Translations under genes and position numbers: made by a program | Shown here: piece by piece, positions 36,525 to 50,100 of the stretch | How positions within the stretch are numbered: position 1 is the stretch's first letter | Layout: every line of letters starts with the position of its first letter | Assembly (NCBI GenBank): GCA_002269645.1 | Contig: NIVC01002478.1 | Coordinates: 74,462 to 138,461 of the forward strand | Source: Macrostomum lignano | Taxonomy: Eukaryota | Length of the DNA stretch: 64,000 bases | Direction of reading: 5' to 3' | Notes under the pieces: generated by a model | The model's input: the letters and a program-made list of their open reading frames with translations, nothing else | What the model was told of the DNA's origin: nothing | Databases searched by the model: none

Positions 36525-39500
36525 TAAAGCTGTCGATAAAGATAACTATAGAAGTACAGTAAACAATGGCTAAGGTAATTATTACCTGTTGTTAGTTGCC
36601 CGAAGCTGCCCGCTGCCATATTGATGCTTCTGCTGTTGCTGCTGCTGCTGGGCCTGCTGCTGCGGCTGCTGCTGAGTCTGACGTAACGACAAGCTGTCAG
36701 AATCGGAGCTCTGACAATCCGAGTCAACGCGCTGCACAGTCTTGTGTTGCTGCTGCTGCTGCTGCTGCTGCGGCTGCCTGCCGCCTACAGCTCCACCGCT
36801 AGTCGTGCATCTCCTATGCATAGTCGGACTATTATCAGACGAAGTGGTCTCCGGGGCGGAGCTGTCCAGTGTGCAGCGACCGCGCGGCGGCACCGTGGCT
36901 TTGAAACGCATGCAGCGCAGCTTTGTGTCCATCTGGAATGAGCAGAGAGTTGCGCGATTTGGTTTGTCAGAAGCTTCGTCACTCCCTCCGTCCTCTCCTT
37001 TCACCCACTCTGCCCTCGCCCGTCACTCCCTCCGTCCTCTCCCTTCACCCACTCTGCCCTCGCCTGTCACTCCCTCTGTCCTCTCCTTTCACCCACTCTG
37101 CCCTCGCCCGTCACTCCCTCTGTCCTCTCCTTTCACCCACTCTGCCCTCGCCCGTCACTCCCTCCGTCCTCTCCTTTCACCCACTCTGCCCTCGCCCGTC
37201 ACTCCCTCTGTCCTCTCCCTTCACCCACTCTGCCCTCGCCCGTCACTCCCTCCGTCCTCTCCCTTCACCCACTCTGCCCTCGCCTGTCACTCCCTCCGTC
37301 CTCTCCCTTCACCCACTCTGCCCTCGCCTGTCACTCCCTCCGTCCTCTCCCTTCACCCACTCTGCCCTCGCCCGTCACTCCCTCTGTACTCTCCCGTCAC
37401 TCCCTTTGCCCTCGCCCGTCACTCCCTTTGCCGTCGACCGTCACCTCTTTGCCCTCGCCCGTGACTCCCTCTGTCCTCTCCCGTCACTTACTCTGTCCTC
37501 TCCCATCACTTCCTCTGTACCTCTTCCCTCTTCCGTTACATCTTTTTCCGTTTCCAATCCTCTCTCTCTATCAACGCCCATCACTCGCCTCTGAATCGTC
37601 ATCCAGAGCGCTGCTGCTGTCAGCTCCCTCATCAGCAGCCTGGCCTGCACTGCTGCTATTGACTGAGCGCCGATAATACGAAGCAGCCCCGGCAGAGCCG
37701 GCAGACGAAGTCACCAAAGTCGAAGCCGCGTCGACAGGTCCGGCAGAAGCGGACGAAGCAGCCGTCTGACCGCCGGGTTCAACAGAAGACGAGGCCGTCT
37801 GAGCCGCAGCAGCCGCTGCCGCAGCTTGTTGCTGCTGCTGCTGCTGTTGCTGTTGCTGCTGTTGCAACTGATATTGCAACAACTGTTGCTGTTGCAATTG
37901 CTGCTGCTGTTGCTGCTGCTGGTCCCTTTCAGCCCAGGCGAGCAGTTGCGAATGCGAACAGCTCAGGCACATATTGAGCGGCGGCGCCCGAAAATTTGGA
38001 TTCACCGACCTGTCTAATAGCCGGTCAAGGACGTCGGACAATCGGCCGAGATCGTCCTTGTAGGCGCAGATTAGCATAGTGGCCAGATCGTCTTTCTGTC
38101 TGCGCTGGCCTTCAACCAGCAGCGGGTGCTCGTGCTCGGACACTCTTGGTCGCATGGACAGGGCGGCCAGTGCGGTGCGGAAGCCCAGCTGTTCGTCCTC
38201 GGACGGGCCATAGCGCAACACCTCGAATATGTACTGAGCCAGCACGATGGGCAAGGTGGTGCGCGGCTCCGGCTTGGTGACGCCAGTAGCCAAGTCGATG
38301 ATAGAGCGGGCTCTGGCGCGGAGGGATTCCCTGTGCGCGAAATGTTAAGCCATTTTTCTCGTAGATTAGTAGATAAGATTACCAGATATAGCATATTGTT
38401 ATGCAGTCCTAACTATCAAAAATCGTCAGTAGGTAACCCAGCATAGGGCGGATATGAAATAGATGAACGCTGGTGGGAAGACATAAAAAGATGGGCATTG
38501 GAATAAGATGAGAGGACGGATATGAGAGTATAGGGATTGGGAAGATGGAGACTGGACGGTGGGATGTGAAGGCAAAGATGGGATGATGGGGATGGGAAGA
38601 TTGTAATGGGAAGATGGGGATGGGAAGATGGGATGTGAATATTGGAATGGGAAGATGGGGATGGGAAGATTGGAATGGGAAGATGGGGATGGGAAGATGG
38701 GAATGTGAATATTGGAATGGGAAGATGGGGATGGGAAGATTGGAATGGGAAGATTGGAATGGGAAGATGGGGATGGGAAGATGGGATTTGGCGGTGGGAA
38801 TATGGGGATGGGAAGATGGGGATGGGAAGATGGGGATGTGAATATTGGAATGTGAAGATGGGGATGGGAAGATTGGAATGGGAAGATGGGGATGGGAAGA
38901 TTGGAATGGGAAGATGGGGATGGGAAGATTGGAATGGGAAGATGGGGATGGGAAGATTGGAATGGGAAGATGGGGATGGGAAGATTGGAATGGGAATATG
39001 GGGATGGGAAGATGGGGATGGGAAGATGGGGATGTGAATATTGGAATGGGAAGATGGGGATGGGAAGATTGGAATGGGAAGACTGGAATGGGAAGATGGG
39101 GATGGGAAGATTGGAATGGGAAGATGGGGATGGGAAAATTGGAATGGGAAGATGGGGATGGGAAGATTGGAATGGGAAGATGGGGATGGGAAGATGGGAA
39201 TCGGCGGTTGGAATGTGGGGATGGGAAGATAGGGATGGGAAGAGAGAGGTGGGAAGATAAGGATGGGAAGATAAGGATGTGAAGAAAGTGGGACAAGAAA
39301 GGAGAAATGGGAAAATAAAAAATGAAGAAAGTGGAAGCGGCCTCCTCCAATCGTAATGAGATCAGGTGAAGCAAGAAAGCACATCCCAAATAATAACAAA
39401 CTAACCTAAACGCAGAGTGCGGCCTAGACGATTTGAGCAGCTGATAGAGCTCGTGCTCCTGGTTAAGCAGTTTAACTTCCAGAGCCCGAATTCGAGACGG

Positions 39501-41135
39501 CGCCCTGGGCAGTGACAGCACGTGTACGCACAGGCGGAATCGCAAGCCGTCTGGCTCGTCTGGCAGTAGGTTGCTAAGAAAAATAGCCTGCCCAATCATG
39601 CCAGAGTATAGCTGGGCTACGTCAGTAGTGGCTTGCTGATCAGACCAAGCCACGCTGTGCTGCTGCTGTTGCTGCTTCTTGGCTTTGCCGCCGCCTTTGC
39701 CCTGCTTTTGCATTTTTCCGCCACCACCGGCGCCGGCATTATTAGCATCGAATCTGACTAGCAGAGCAGCGGAACTGGTGCGCAATACTCGATCATATTC
39801 GGCGGCAACACTATCCGATAACAGTTTGTTGGCTAAGCAACGAGCCAGTTGGCCAGCTTCCCTGGCGTAGCCGTGAGCGTGCAGGGCTTCGCAACGATTG
39901 AACAGCAGATTGTGCTGCAGCAGTAGCTCTGGGGTGGATCTTTGCTGCTGCTGCTGCCTGCCAGCCGTTGACGCCACCTTCTGGCTGTTGACGGCGACTT
40001 CTTCGTTTAACTGACCGACTGGGTCAATCGAGGAGCTCAGTGCAGAATCTGAAAATAAATTAGTATAATAGAATAGTAATGCTAATCATAACAGGTGAGC
40101 TCGCTGACGCGCCTTGCTAAGACGGGCAGTTCCAGCTCGCTCCTTGGCCCCGTCCCTCTCTGCCCCTCCCCCCTCGCCGCGGTCATTAACCGTCAGATTA
40201 ACGACTGGGCGGATATCCGGCATTCCCGACTGCCGCCAATCCCGAGCGGCAGTGCCCAATCCGGCCCTTAAGTTGCGGAGAATGCTTTTGAACCCCAAAA
40301 TTGAAAAGATATCCGCCGCGCTCTCATTGCTTTGCCAGGCACTGCTTACTCCGAGACATACATGAGCAACTGCTGGCCGACCTAACGGATCCGGCCACCG
40401 TAAAAGTCGCAAAAATGTACACCCGGAAATAGACGTATTACTAATTAGATGACGAGGCATTTAGCCCTAATAATACAGTCATAGTTACTTCTGCCGTTTA
40501 CCTAGAATTACGTCGATTTTTCTTCAGGATTTCTTTCGCAGGTAAGTCGCATTTTTGGTCAAAAAGTAAGTCACATGGCCAGGGTTGCGCATGTATGCTT
40601 CGAGGCGTCCCTCGGAGTGAACTCTGCCCCTTCTGCAACACACTTTGTCTGCCACTGCCCGGCCTTCAAACGAGACCGGCTCCACCACCTCGAGCCCAAC
40701 CCGAATCCCTGGACGACGCCTGCCGGCCCGAGAACATCCCACGGCTCATCTGGTTCCTCCGGGCTACAAAACGAGCCTTCGTCTTCCCCACCGAAGACCG
40801 AAGACAGGCCCAGAAGACCTCCCTGACGGGCCCCGCGCCCTAGCCTATGCGGGCTTCTCAGTGGGGATTAGCGGAATGGGCCACACTCGCCTCCCCGCTG
40901 CGTCTTTGGACCGCCCTACAGCTGAGTCAAGTGAGTCAAATCATAACAGAATTATTTATGATACACATAATACTATAATTGCTGGCTATTAGTCATTGCT
41001 AGCGGAAGTAAAATTTGACCAAAATTAACCCAATATTACATCTTTAAGCTTAGTACCCGTAGCTGTACTTACCATCTCTAGCTGTGTCTCGCATATCGCT
41101 GAACCCTTCGCTAGATGAAGATCTTTGCTCGGCCA

Positions 41136-41178
<43 letters not shown>

Positions 41179-44100
41179 CTGCTTTCTAGGCTGCTTCTTG
41201 CTCTTTTTACCGCCCATGGCGTGACCGCCGCCTGGCCCGTAGGCGGAGACCCCGGCAATGCCGCCGGAGCCAATTGACAGGCCGGCGCTTGCCGCCGCCG
41301 CCACCGCAGCTGCTGCAGCTGCCTGAGCGGCCGCCACCGACGAGGCGGCGGTGTTCGACGAGGATGGCAAGTCGAAGTTGTCCCAGGACACCTGGCAGGC
41401 TTCGATGGCGGCCTTGAAGCCGGGGAACATGTCAAGGTCGCGAGGCTTCACGCTGACGGAAGCTGAAGAGTTTTGTTTGATTTTTTGAGGATCTGGGAGG
41501 ATCGCCCAGCAAATGAGGATCTGGTTGTGGGGTGGCCCAGCAACTGAGGATCTGGGAGGCTGGCCCAGGAACTGAGGATCTGAGAGGCTGGCCCAGCAAC
41601 TAGGATCTGAGAGGCTGGCCCAGCAACTGAGGATCTGGGAGGCTGGCCCAGCAACTGACACTCTGGGAGGCTGGCCCAGCAACTGAGGATCTGAGAGGCT
41701 GGCCAGGCAACTGAGGATCTGGGAGGCTGGCCCAGGAACTGAGGATCTGAGAGGCTGGCCCAGGAACTGAGGATCTGAGAGGCTGGCCCAGGAACTGAGG
41801 ATCTGAGAGGCTGGCCCAGCAACTGAGGATCTGAGAGGCCCAGCAACTGGGGATCTGGGAGGGTGGCCCAGCAACTGAGGATCATGAGAGGCTGGCCCAG
41901 GAACTGAGGATCTGAGAGGCCCAGCAACTGGGGATCTGGGAGGGTGGCCCAGCAACTGGGGATCTGGGAGGGTGGCCCAGCAACTGAGGATCATGAGAGC
42001 TGGCTCCTAGCAACTCACCGCCAGACGAAGCGGAGCGGGCCTTCTGCACAAAGGCCAGCACTTCGCCGTGATATTTTCGCAGCTGTTGTTCAAGGCCGCA
42101 GCGCTGCCGCCGGCTCAGCCTCGGGTCCATGGCGGCCAGACGCCAGACGTTGACCAGCTCGTCGCAGAAGGAGGCCACAGCGTACTGGATCTGCGGCGGG
42201 CTGAGGCTGGCGGCCGGAAATCGCACAGTCTGATTGAAGGCGGTGAACAGCTTGGTGACAAACCAGGCCAGCACAGCCGGCTCGCAGCGCAGCACCTCGT
42301 CGGTGACGCCAGTCAGCAGGGTTCGCGCGTTGCTATCCCGCCTGCGCAGTAGCTCCCGACCGATCTGCAGAAGATTCCAGACGCCTTCGGGCTCGCGACT
42401 GCGCAACGGCTTCAACAAGTTAAGATAGTCCTGCACCGGGGCCGGCTGATTGCTGTTTAAATAGTGCGGATCGCTCAGCACAACGGGCTGTGGCGAGCAG
42501 AATTTGCGCAGAATATTGCTCACGTTCTCTTGCAGACGGGGGACGTCAACATACCTGAGTGGGTTGAAAATTGGTTGGAATGCGTCTTAAATTTGTTTGT
42601 GAGGGCGCTTGGAGGATGGGCGCCTTCGAGTGAGTGACAGTTCTATCCTGAGCATGGCGCCGCCTGACAGTTTTACTCTGGCGCCGTCTGACAGTTTTAT
42701 TCTGGCGCCGCCTGACAGTTCTATTCTGGCGCCGCCTGACAGTTCTATTCTGGCGCCGCCTGACAGTTCTATTCTGGCGCCGCCTGACAGTTCTTTTCTG
42801 GCGCCCCCTGCCAGTTCTATTCTGGCACCGCCTGACGGTTCCATTCTGGCACTTCCTGACAGTTCTATTCTGGCGCCGCCTGACACTTCTATCCTGGCAC
42901 CGCCTGACAGTTCTATTCTGGCGCCGCCTGACAGTTCTATTCTGGCGCCGCCTGACAGTTCTTTTCTGGCGCCGCCTGACAGTTCTTTTCTGGCGCCGCC
43001 TGACAGTTCTTTTCTGGCGCCCCCTGCCAGTTCTATTCTGGCACCGCCTGACGGTTCCATTCTGGCACCTCCTGACAGTTCTATTCTGGCAATCTGGCGC
43101 CGTCTGACAGTTCTATTCTGGAGCTGCCTGACAGTTCTATTCTGGAGCTGCCTGACAGTTCTATTCTGGAGCTGCCTGACAGTTCTATTCTGGAGCTGCC
43201 TGACAGTTCTATTCTGGCACCGCCTGACAGTTCTATTCTGGTGCATCTAACTGACAGTTAATTTTCTGACCCGTATTAAAATTTATATCATGGTATCCAT
43301 TACAATAACAATGTGTGCTACAATAAGAAGATAAAAAAGCAACAAACTGCTCACCATCTGCTAATATCAGCTAGCGAAGCACCAGCCGTGGGATCTGGAG
43401 CGCCAGGCGAGTCCCTAATCTCATTGAACGCGGCAGATTTAGACAATAGATTATCCAACAATTGCTGAGCAGGTGGCAGTATGTCCGTCGGATTTAGGGA
43501 CGACAATAGAAACTGGGCAAACTTTCTCAGTTGCACAGGCTGCAGAGTGTTCAGAGTCTCGCTAATCGGCGCATTCATTGGCACAGAGTTGGCATTCTTC
43601 ACCCGGTGTAGGCAGACTGCCACCACGTGCTGGCACCAGACTCTGTTAGCGGAGCCGCACGAGCAGGAGCACTTGACAATTCTGCACCGATCGAACGACA
43701 GCGCCACTTTGTATTGAGAGCCTGGCGCTGTGCAGTTACTAACGCCGGGACATTTGGACACTTTGGCCAAGATTTGGAAGCCAATTTGAATGCAGTCGGA
43801 CACAGCGCCCTGCCTATAGAGCTCTTCGCCTTGGGTGAACTCTTCATTAGATCCCGTGGCTAGACAGCAATATAGCCTAATATCGTCTTCGCTATCCGGA
43901 AAGGAGTAGAATGAGATTTTCAACTGCAACTCTTCCGGCACTGGTGGGTGATGAGTTTCCACTAGTTCGAATGGCAACTTCTGGGCAATCACTTTGGCGC
44001 ACAGGTTGGTCAGTTTAAGCAGGCCGCGATCTGTTTAAATTATTATAAAGAATAGAGTTCACAAAGGGGGTGGTAGCTAACCCTATTGACTTTTCATGGA

Positions 44101-47100
44101 AAGCTCAGATATTTCAGCTAAGCATAAATCCAAATAGAAAATCAATCAAAAAAGATTTTGGTTCTATTGGCATTTCTGAACAATTAGTTCAGATTATAAC
44201 CTTTTAACTAGTATTGAAGACCCAGTAGTTGTTTTGTATCATGTAGCATATGACATGACACCAACTTATAGCATATAAATGTTTTGTTTATAAGTTAAAT
44301 GCAATTAAATTTAAGTTATATCTTTTAAACTTATATTTTACTTAAAATATATTTAATAAAAGTTTGTTTGAATTTCTAGAATTCTAAATGACTAGCAAAT
44401 TTGATTGAATAATCTATAAAATTGAGTCTTTTAGACTTTTGCAATTTTTGTAAGTTGGAGGCTCAAAAATATAAATAGCAGCCTCTTGAATTTTGCCTAG
44501 CTTATACAATAGTTTTGCATAGAGATAGAATTACAATATACCTATCTTTAAGTAGGCTTTGTGCAACTTTTTTTCTTTTATTTATCATGTTTTCAATTGT
44601 TCATTCAATCATTAATTTTATTTTTATGATTTTATCCTATGTTACCCTTTTTAATTTTTAGTGCTTTGTTGACTCTTTTGCAATATAACTAACTGCCTTG
44701 AACAATCTATCATCTAAGTAGTTTGGCTAGATTTGTCATGTGTCAACTAATAGAAGTTTATAAAGATCTTGATCATCATAATATTTTGATTTATAGTCTA
44801 TAAAAATGATTTCTATACTTTTAACTTTTTGCAAAGATTATAATAATTTTTGCAATAGGTTAGAGATAAAGTTGGAGGGTTGCATATGCTGATATGCATA
44901 TTCCAGCCAATTATTGTTTTTCAATCTAATTTATTATACTATTTATCAAATGTGCTACTATGAGTACAAGGGGTGTCCCAAAAGTCAGTGCACTTTCTTC
45001 ACTACAGCCTTTTATGACCAATCAGAAATATTTATTTTGTAGCAGTTAACAAGAGAATTATCTGCACATTAAAATGACTTTCTATTTATTTTTGTATCTG
45101 CTGCATTCTTGAGATATGAGCACTTTTCTGCCCCACCCCTGTGCTACTTCTACAAATTGCCATAGACCAAAGCTTTGTACCTGATGCGCAAAAAAATGAA
45201 ACATTTAACAAAACATCTGCAACATGAAAGCTGAGGAAAGAATAGTTAAAAGTTAATCATCAACATTGTCCTGAGGCTTCTCCACATAATCACCACTATG
45301 CTGCACACTTATGCCATTGGCTATGCATGTTATCAATGGCATTAGTAAAATCTGAGTGTGGCATCTCATTAAAGAGAACTTGGCAATTCAATGCTTCCAG
45401 GCTCTAATGAGTCACAACAAGCAAAGATTCATCCACGCAGCAGCTTTTTCATCTTTGGAAAGATGGAAAAGTCAGCTGGTGACAAATCCGGAGAGAAGGT
45501 GTGGGTATGAGAGCAACTCAAAATTTGCCTGCTTGATTGTCTCTTCCATATTCTTGGCCATATGGGGATGTGCATTGTCATGGTGCAGAAGGTGCAGAGC
45601 TGCAGTACCCAGTGGGCCAAGATTTTGACAGTCATCGTGTGGTGGAACAGTGAATTTTGGACTGCCAAGCATGTCCACAATCTCACAAACTGTCAGTCTG
45701 GCATTGGTGTCAAGCAATTCCTGAATTTGTCAATGCTATTGTTGGTGTCATTGCCAATGGCAGAAGTGTGCAGAACAGTGAACTTTGGACTGACAAGCAT
45801 GTCCACAATCTCACAAACTGTCAGTCTGGCATTGGTGTCAAGCAATTCCTGAATTTGTCAATGCTATTGTTATGTCATTGCCAATGGCAGAAGTGTGCAG
45901 AACAGTGAACTTTGGACTGACAAGCATGTCCACAATCTCACAAACTGTCAGTCTGGCATTGGTGTCAAGCAATTCCTGAATTTGTCAATGCTATTGTTGA
46001 TGTCATTGCCAATGGCAGAAGTGTGCAGAACAGTGAAATTTGGACTGACAAGCATGTCCACAATCTCAAAAACTGTCAGTCTGGCATTGGTGTCAAGCAA
46101 TTCCTGAATTTGTCAATGCTATTGTTGATGTCATTGCCAATGGCAGAAGTGTGCAGAACAGTGAACTTTGGACTGACAAGCATGTCCACAATCTCACAAA
46201 CTGTCAGTCTGGCATTGGTGTCAAGCAATTCCTGAATTTGTCAATGCTATTGTTGATGTCATTGCCAATGGCAGAAGTGTGCAGAACAGTGAAATTTGGA
46301 CTGACAAGCATGTCCACAATCTCACAAACTGTCAGTCTGGCATTGGTGTCAAGCAATTCCTGAATTTGTCAATGCTATTGTTGATGTCATTGCCAATGGC
46401 AGAAGTGTGCAGAACAGTGAACTTTGGACTGACAAGCATGTCCACAATCTCACAAACTGTCAGTCTGGCATTGGTGTCAAGCAATTCCTGAATTTGTCAA
46501 TGCTATTGTTGATGTCATTGCCAATGGCAGAAGTGTGCAGAACAGTGAACTTTGGACTGACAAGCATGTCCACAATCTCACAAACTGTCAGTCTGGCATT
46601 GGTGTCAAGCAATTCCTGAATTTGTCAATGCTATTGTTGATGTCATTGCCAATGGCAGAAGTGTGCAGAACAGTGAACTTTGGACTGACAAGCATGTCCA
46701 CAATCTCACAAACTGTCAGTCTGGCATTGGTGTCAAGCAATTCCGGAATTTGTCAATGCTATTGTTGATGTCATTGCCAATGGCAGAAGTGTATAGCACA
46801 GTGGTGACTATGTGGAGAAGCCTTAGGACAATGTTGATGATTAACTTTTAACTGTTCTTTCCTTAGCTTTCATGTTGCAGATATTTTGTTGATTCATTGA
46901 ATGTTTTGTTGTTTTGTGCATCAGGTACTTGAAGCTTTGGTCTATGGCAATTTGTAGAAGTAGCACAGGGGATTGGGCAGAAAAGTGCTCATATTTCAAG
47001 AATGCCAGCAGATACAGAAATAAATAGAAATTCATTTTAATAGGCAGATAATTCTCTTGTTAACTGCTACAAAATAAATATTTCTGATTGGTTAGAAAAG

Positions 47101-50100
47101 GCTATAGTGAAAAAAGTACACCAAATTTTGGGACACCCCATGTATATAACCAATAGCTTATCTATTGTTGTTATGCATCATTATTGAAGGTTATTTATTG
47201 AACTTAATTGCAAAACCTTTGGATTTACTATAAACTCCTATAGTCAAAAAGGTGGCCTTTGCCATAAAAATTCTACTTTATTTATGCTAGCCTTATATGC
47301 ATATATATATGCATACACTAATGCTTACATTTACTTAGGGGTAGAGGTCCCTAGTGCACTTGGTGCATAATCATGGCATATATTAAAATCCTCATTTACT
47401 AATCCCTAGCATATATAATATAGCAAATAATTGCCTATATAAACCAATACAAAAATCTACAAATTATAAATATTGTCTTCCTATTTATAGCTAGGTAGAT
47501 TAAAGCAATGTAAAATTAAATGTCGTGTTCAAGTAAAAAAGTGTTTTAAATAGATTAAAACTCAAACTTTGACCTTTCAAATTATGGATGTTTTTAGTCC
47601 AGGCTAACTATTCTAGGCAAAGTCTAACTGAGATTAGATTTTTGTTTTTAAGCAAGATTGAGCAAGAATTTTTATTAAAAAATTGAGATTGAGAAAAATT
47701 CAATTGAGAATTAGAGATACAGCTGCAATTATGAATTTGTATAATAGTACTTTATAAGTTATATATAAAATGTGGCTTATATTATAGTGTTCCGGTTATA
47801 GCTACGGCTACAGCTACGGGATCCTACAGAAAATACAGTAAAATAGATGCCTATGGCAGCTACGGATACACCAATGGTAGCTAGCTGCTCTTATGGCTAC
47901 AACTACGGAAATATGGTAGTTGTTGTCACATTCCACAGATTCCCATAGCTGTAGTTATTAATGTTAAAAAATTGAAAAAATATTAGAAACAGGTAAAGTA
48001 AAACAAATATACTTTTAGTAAACTGTATTATTAACTTAGAAACTTTTAAAATATATCTAAAAAGTACAATAAAACTAGCAAACTCTAATTTTTATTAATA
48101 TGGCTATGGCTACGGGAACTACAGGAATGTGGTAATATTGGGGTCCCTTCAACTACGGAATATGGAGAATTGGAACAAGCCATAGTTTGCTTATGGCTAT
48201 GGCTATGGTACATGGACCCTACTTATGGCGGAACACTACTATATTATAAGTAAATAGAATATAGTATAAACAAATGGCTCAAATGTTCCTTCACAATAAT
48301 ATATATTTGCAGCTATATATAGAAATAAGCCACTATGTAGCTATAGGCCTATGCTACTGTAGGCCCTAAAGTATTTAAATAGGTTGAAAAGTAGTAATAG
48401 CCTATTAGGTAAGCCATAATCAAGATCATAATATACCTGCGCCTATATTGCGGAAGGTGTAGTATACGCCAGAAAATTCCGGCGTACAAATGCTTTAGCT
48501 GGCGTACATCTGGCATACAAACGCTTTAAGTGGCTTATATCTGGCGTACAAATTCTTTGGCTGGCGTACATCTATCGTAACTGGAGGAAATACAACCTCC
48601 AAGCACAATCATCTGCTTACAATTCTTAACTATACTTGTTCAAGCTTTCAGTGCAGCATAGAAAGCATTGATGTATGACACCATTATGTAAATTACGCTA
48701 AATAGTCAATAAAGTTACTTTGCTAAGTTATGACAATAAATTGAATATTTAAACAATATATTAAAGTTCTTTTTAAAAAATGTACCTTAACTAGTAGTAA
48801 ATGTAAAAACTTTGGTTTACTAATTATTTTTGTTTTTTAAACAATGTACGTTTTCAATTTTACTTTTTTTACGGTAATTTTTTGATGCGCGCCTCGGCAT
48901 GCTTCTTTCATAGTTTTTGTGCTTGTTAATCATGCATTTTTATTGGCGTACAATTTACTAGAACCCTTAATTGGCATACTTTATTGGCGTACACTTTACT
49001 ATATAGCCAGATACTTTCCGGCGTACATATAACATGATCCGCAATATGGACCTGCGCCAAAACAAATCCTATCAAAAGAGTTTGATTGCATACCACACTC
49101 TAGATCATGTAGTATAAACCCAAAAATCTGGGCGTGCATTGGCCTTGCATACCAAAATTAGGTATACACAGTTGGCGTGCATTACTCCTCACTCCTGAGA
49201 AAATAATGTGCATGCACATCTGGCATGCACTTTATAGAATCACGCGTAAGAGTTATGAAATAGAAAAAAGATGAAAAAACTTCATTTAAGCGCAAATTTC
49301 AAGCTTTCTAGTTTTTTTCAAGCTTGTAAAAAATCATTTGAACAAATCTTTGCATGTATAAATCTCCTGCTATAAGTATAAATAGTATCACCAAAAAAGC
49401 ATAAAAAGCAACCAAATTATTTGGTAATAAAGGTCTATTACACAATTTAAAAAAAGGTATTTTATTGTCACAACATAAAAAAGGTCATTTATTGTCGCAA
49501 TACTGGCGTATTTTTTAGAATGGGCATGCACTACATTTGTTTTGGTGTGCATTAGTAACTATTCAATTTTTGTTTGGGCATGCACCCAGCATGATCCGGA
49601 CTATAGATTGCACAGCTTGTTTTGCAAAAAATACAAAAACATTGAAATCTGCATTTTCCATTTAAAAAATAGTACTAGTAGTAACTAGTAAGACTTATAT
49701 TTGAACCTGTTTTATAGAAATACAATATTAACTTATTTTAGTTGAAAAAAGCAGTCAAGTGTCAATATACTAGGCCCTAGCCCTAGTATATTATATACTA
49801 GCAAACAAAGCATTAGACAATTGCATTATTTGCTTTTTTCATTTGGCACTTTACAATATTTCAACACTTTCTATATTAGTGTAAGTGTAAGTGTAAGGAG
49901 TATAAATGCCTTGGCTATTTTATAAATTTTGTACAAATAGGGCCAAGGCCAAGGGGCCTTATAGTTATAGAATTTATATTTATTAAAGATGTAACACATT
50001 GAAAGAAAATCAAATCAAAATGAAAACTATAACAGAGCCTAATTCTTACCTTCAGACTTGGTAACAGAATCCCATTGTGACTTGCTATTTATTTTCTTCC

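Noticed and set aside
45895-46851. Tandem array of identical 70-aa small ORFs
   Set aside because: Antisense read-through of the 128-bp transposase-derived repeat.
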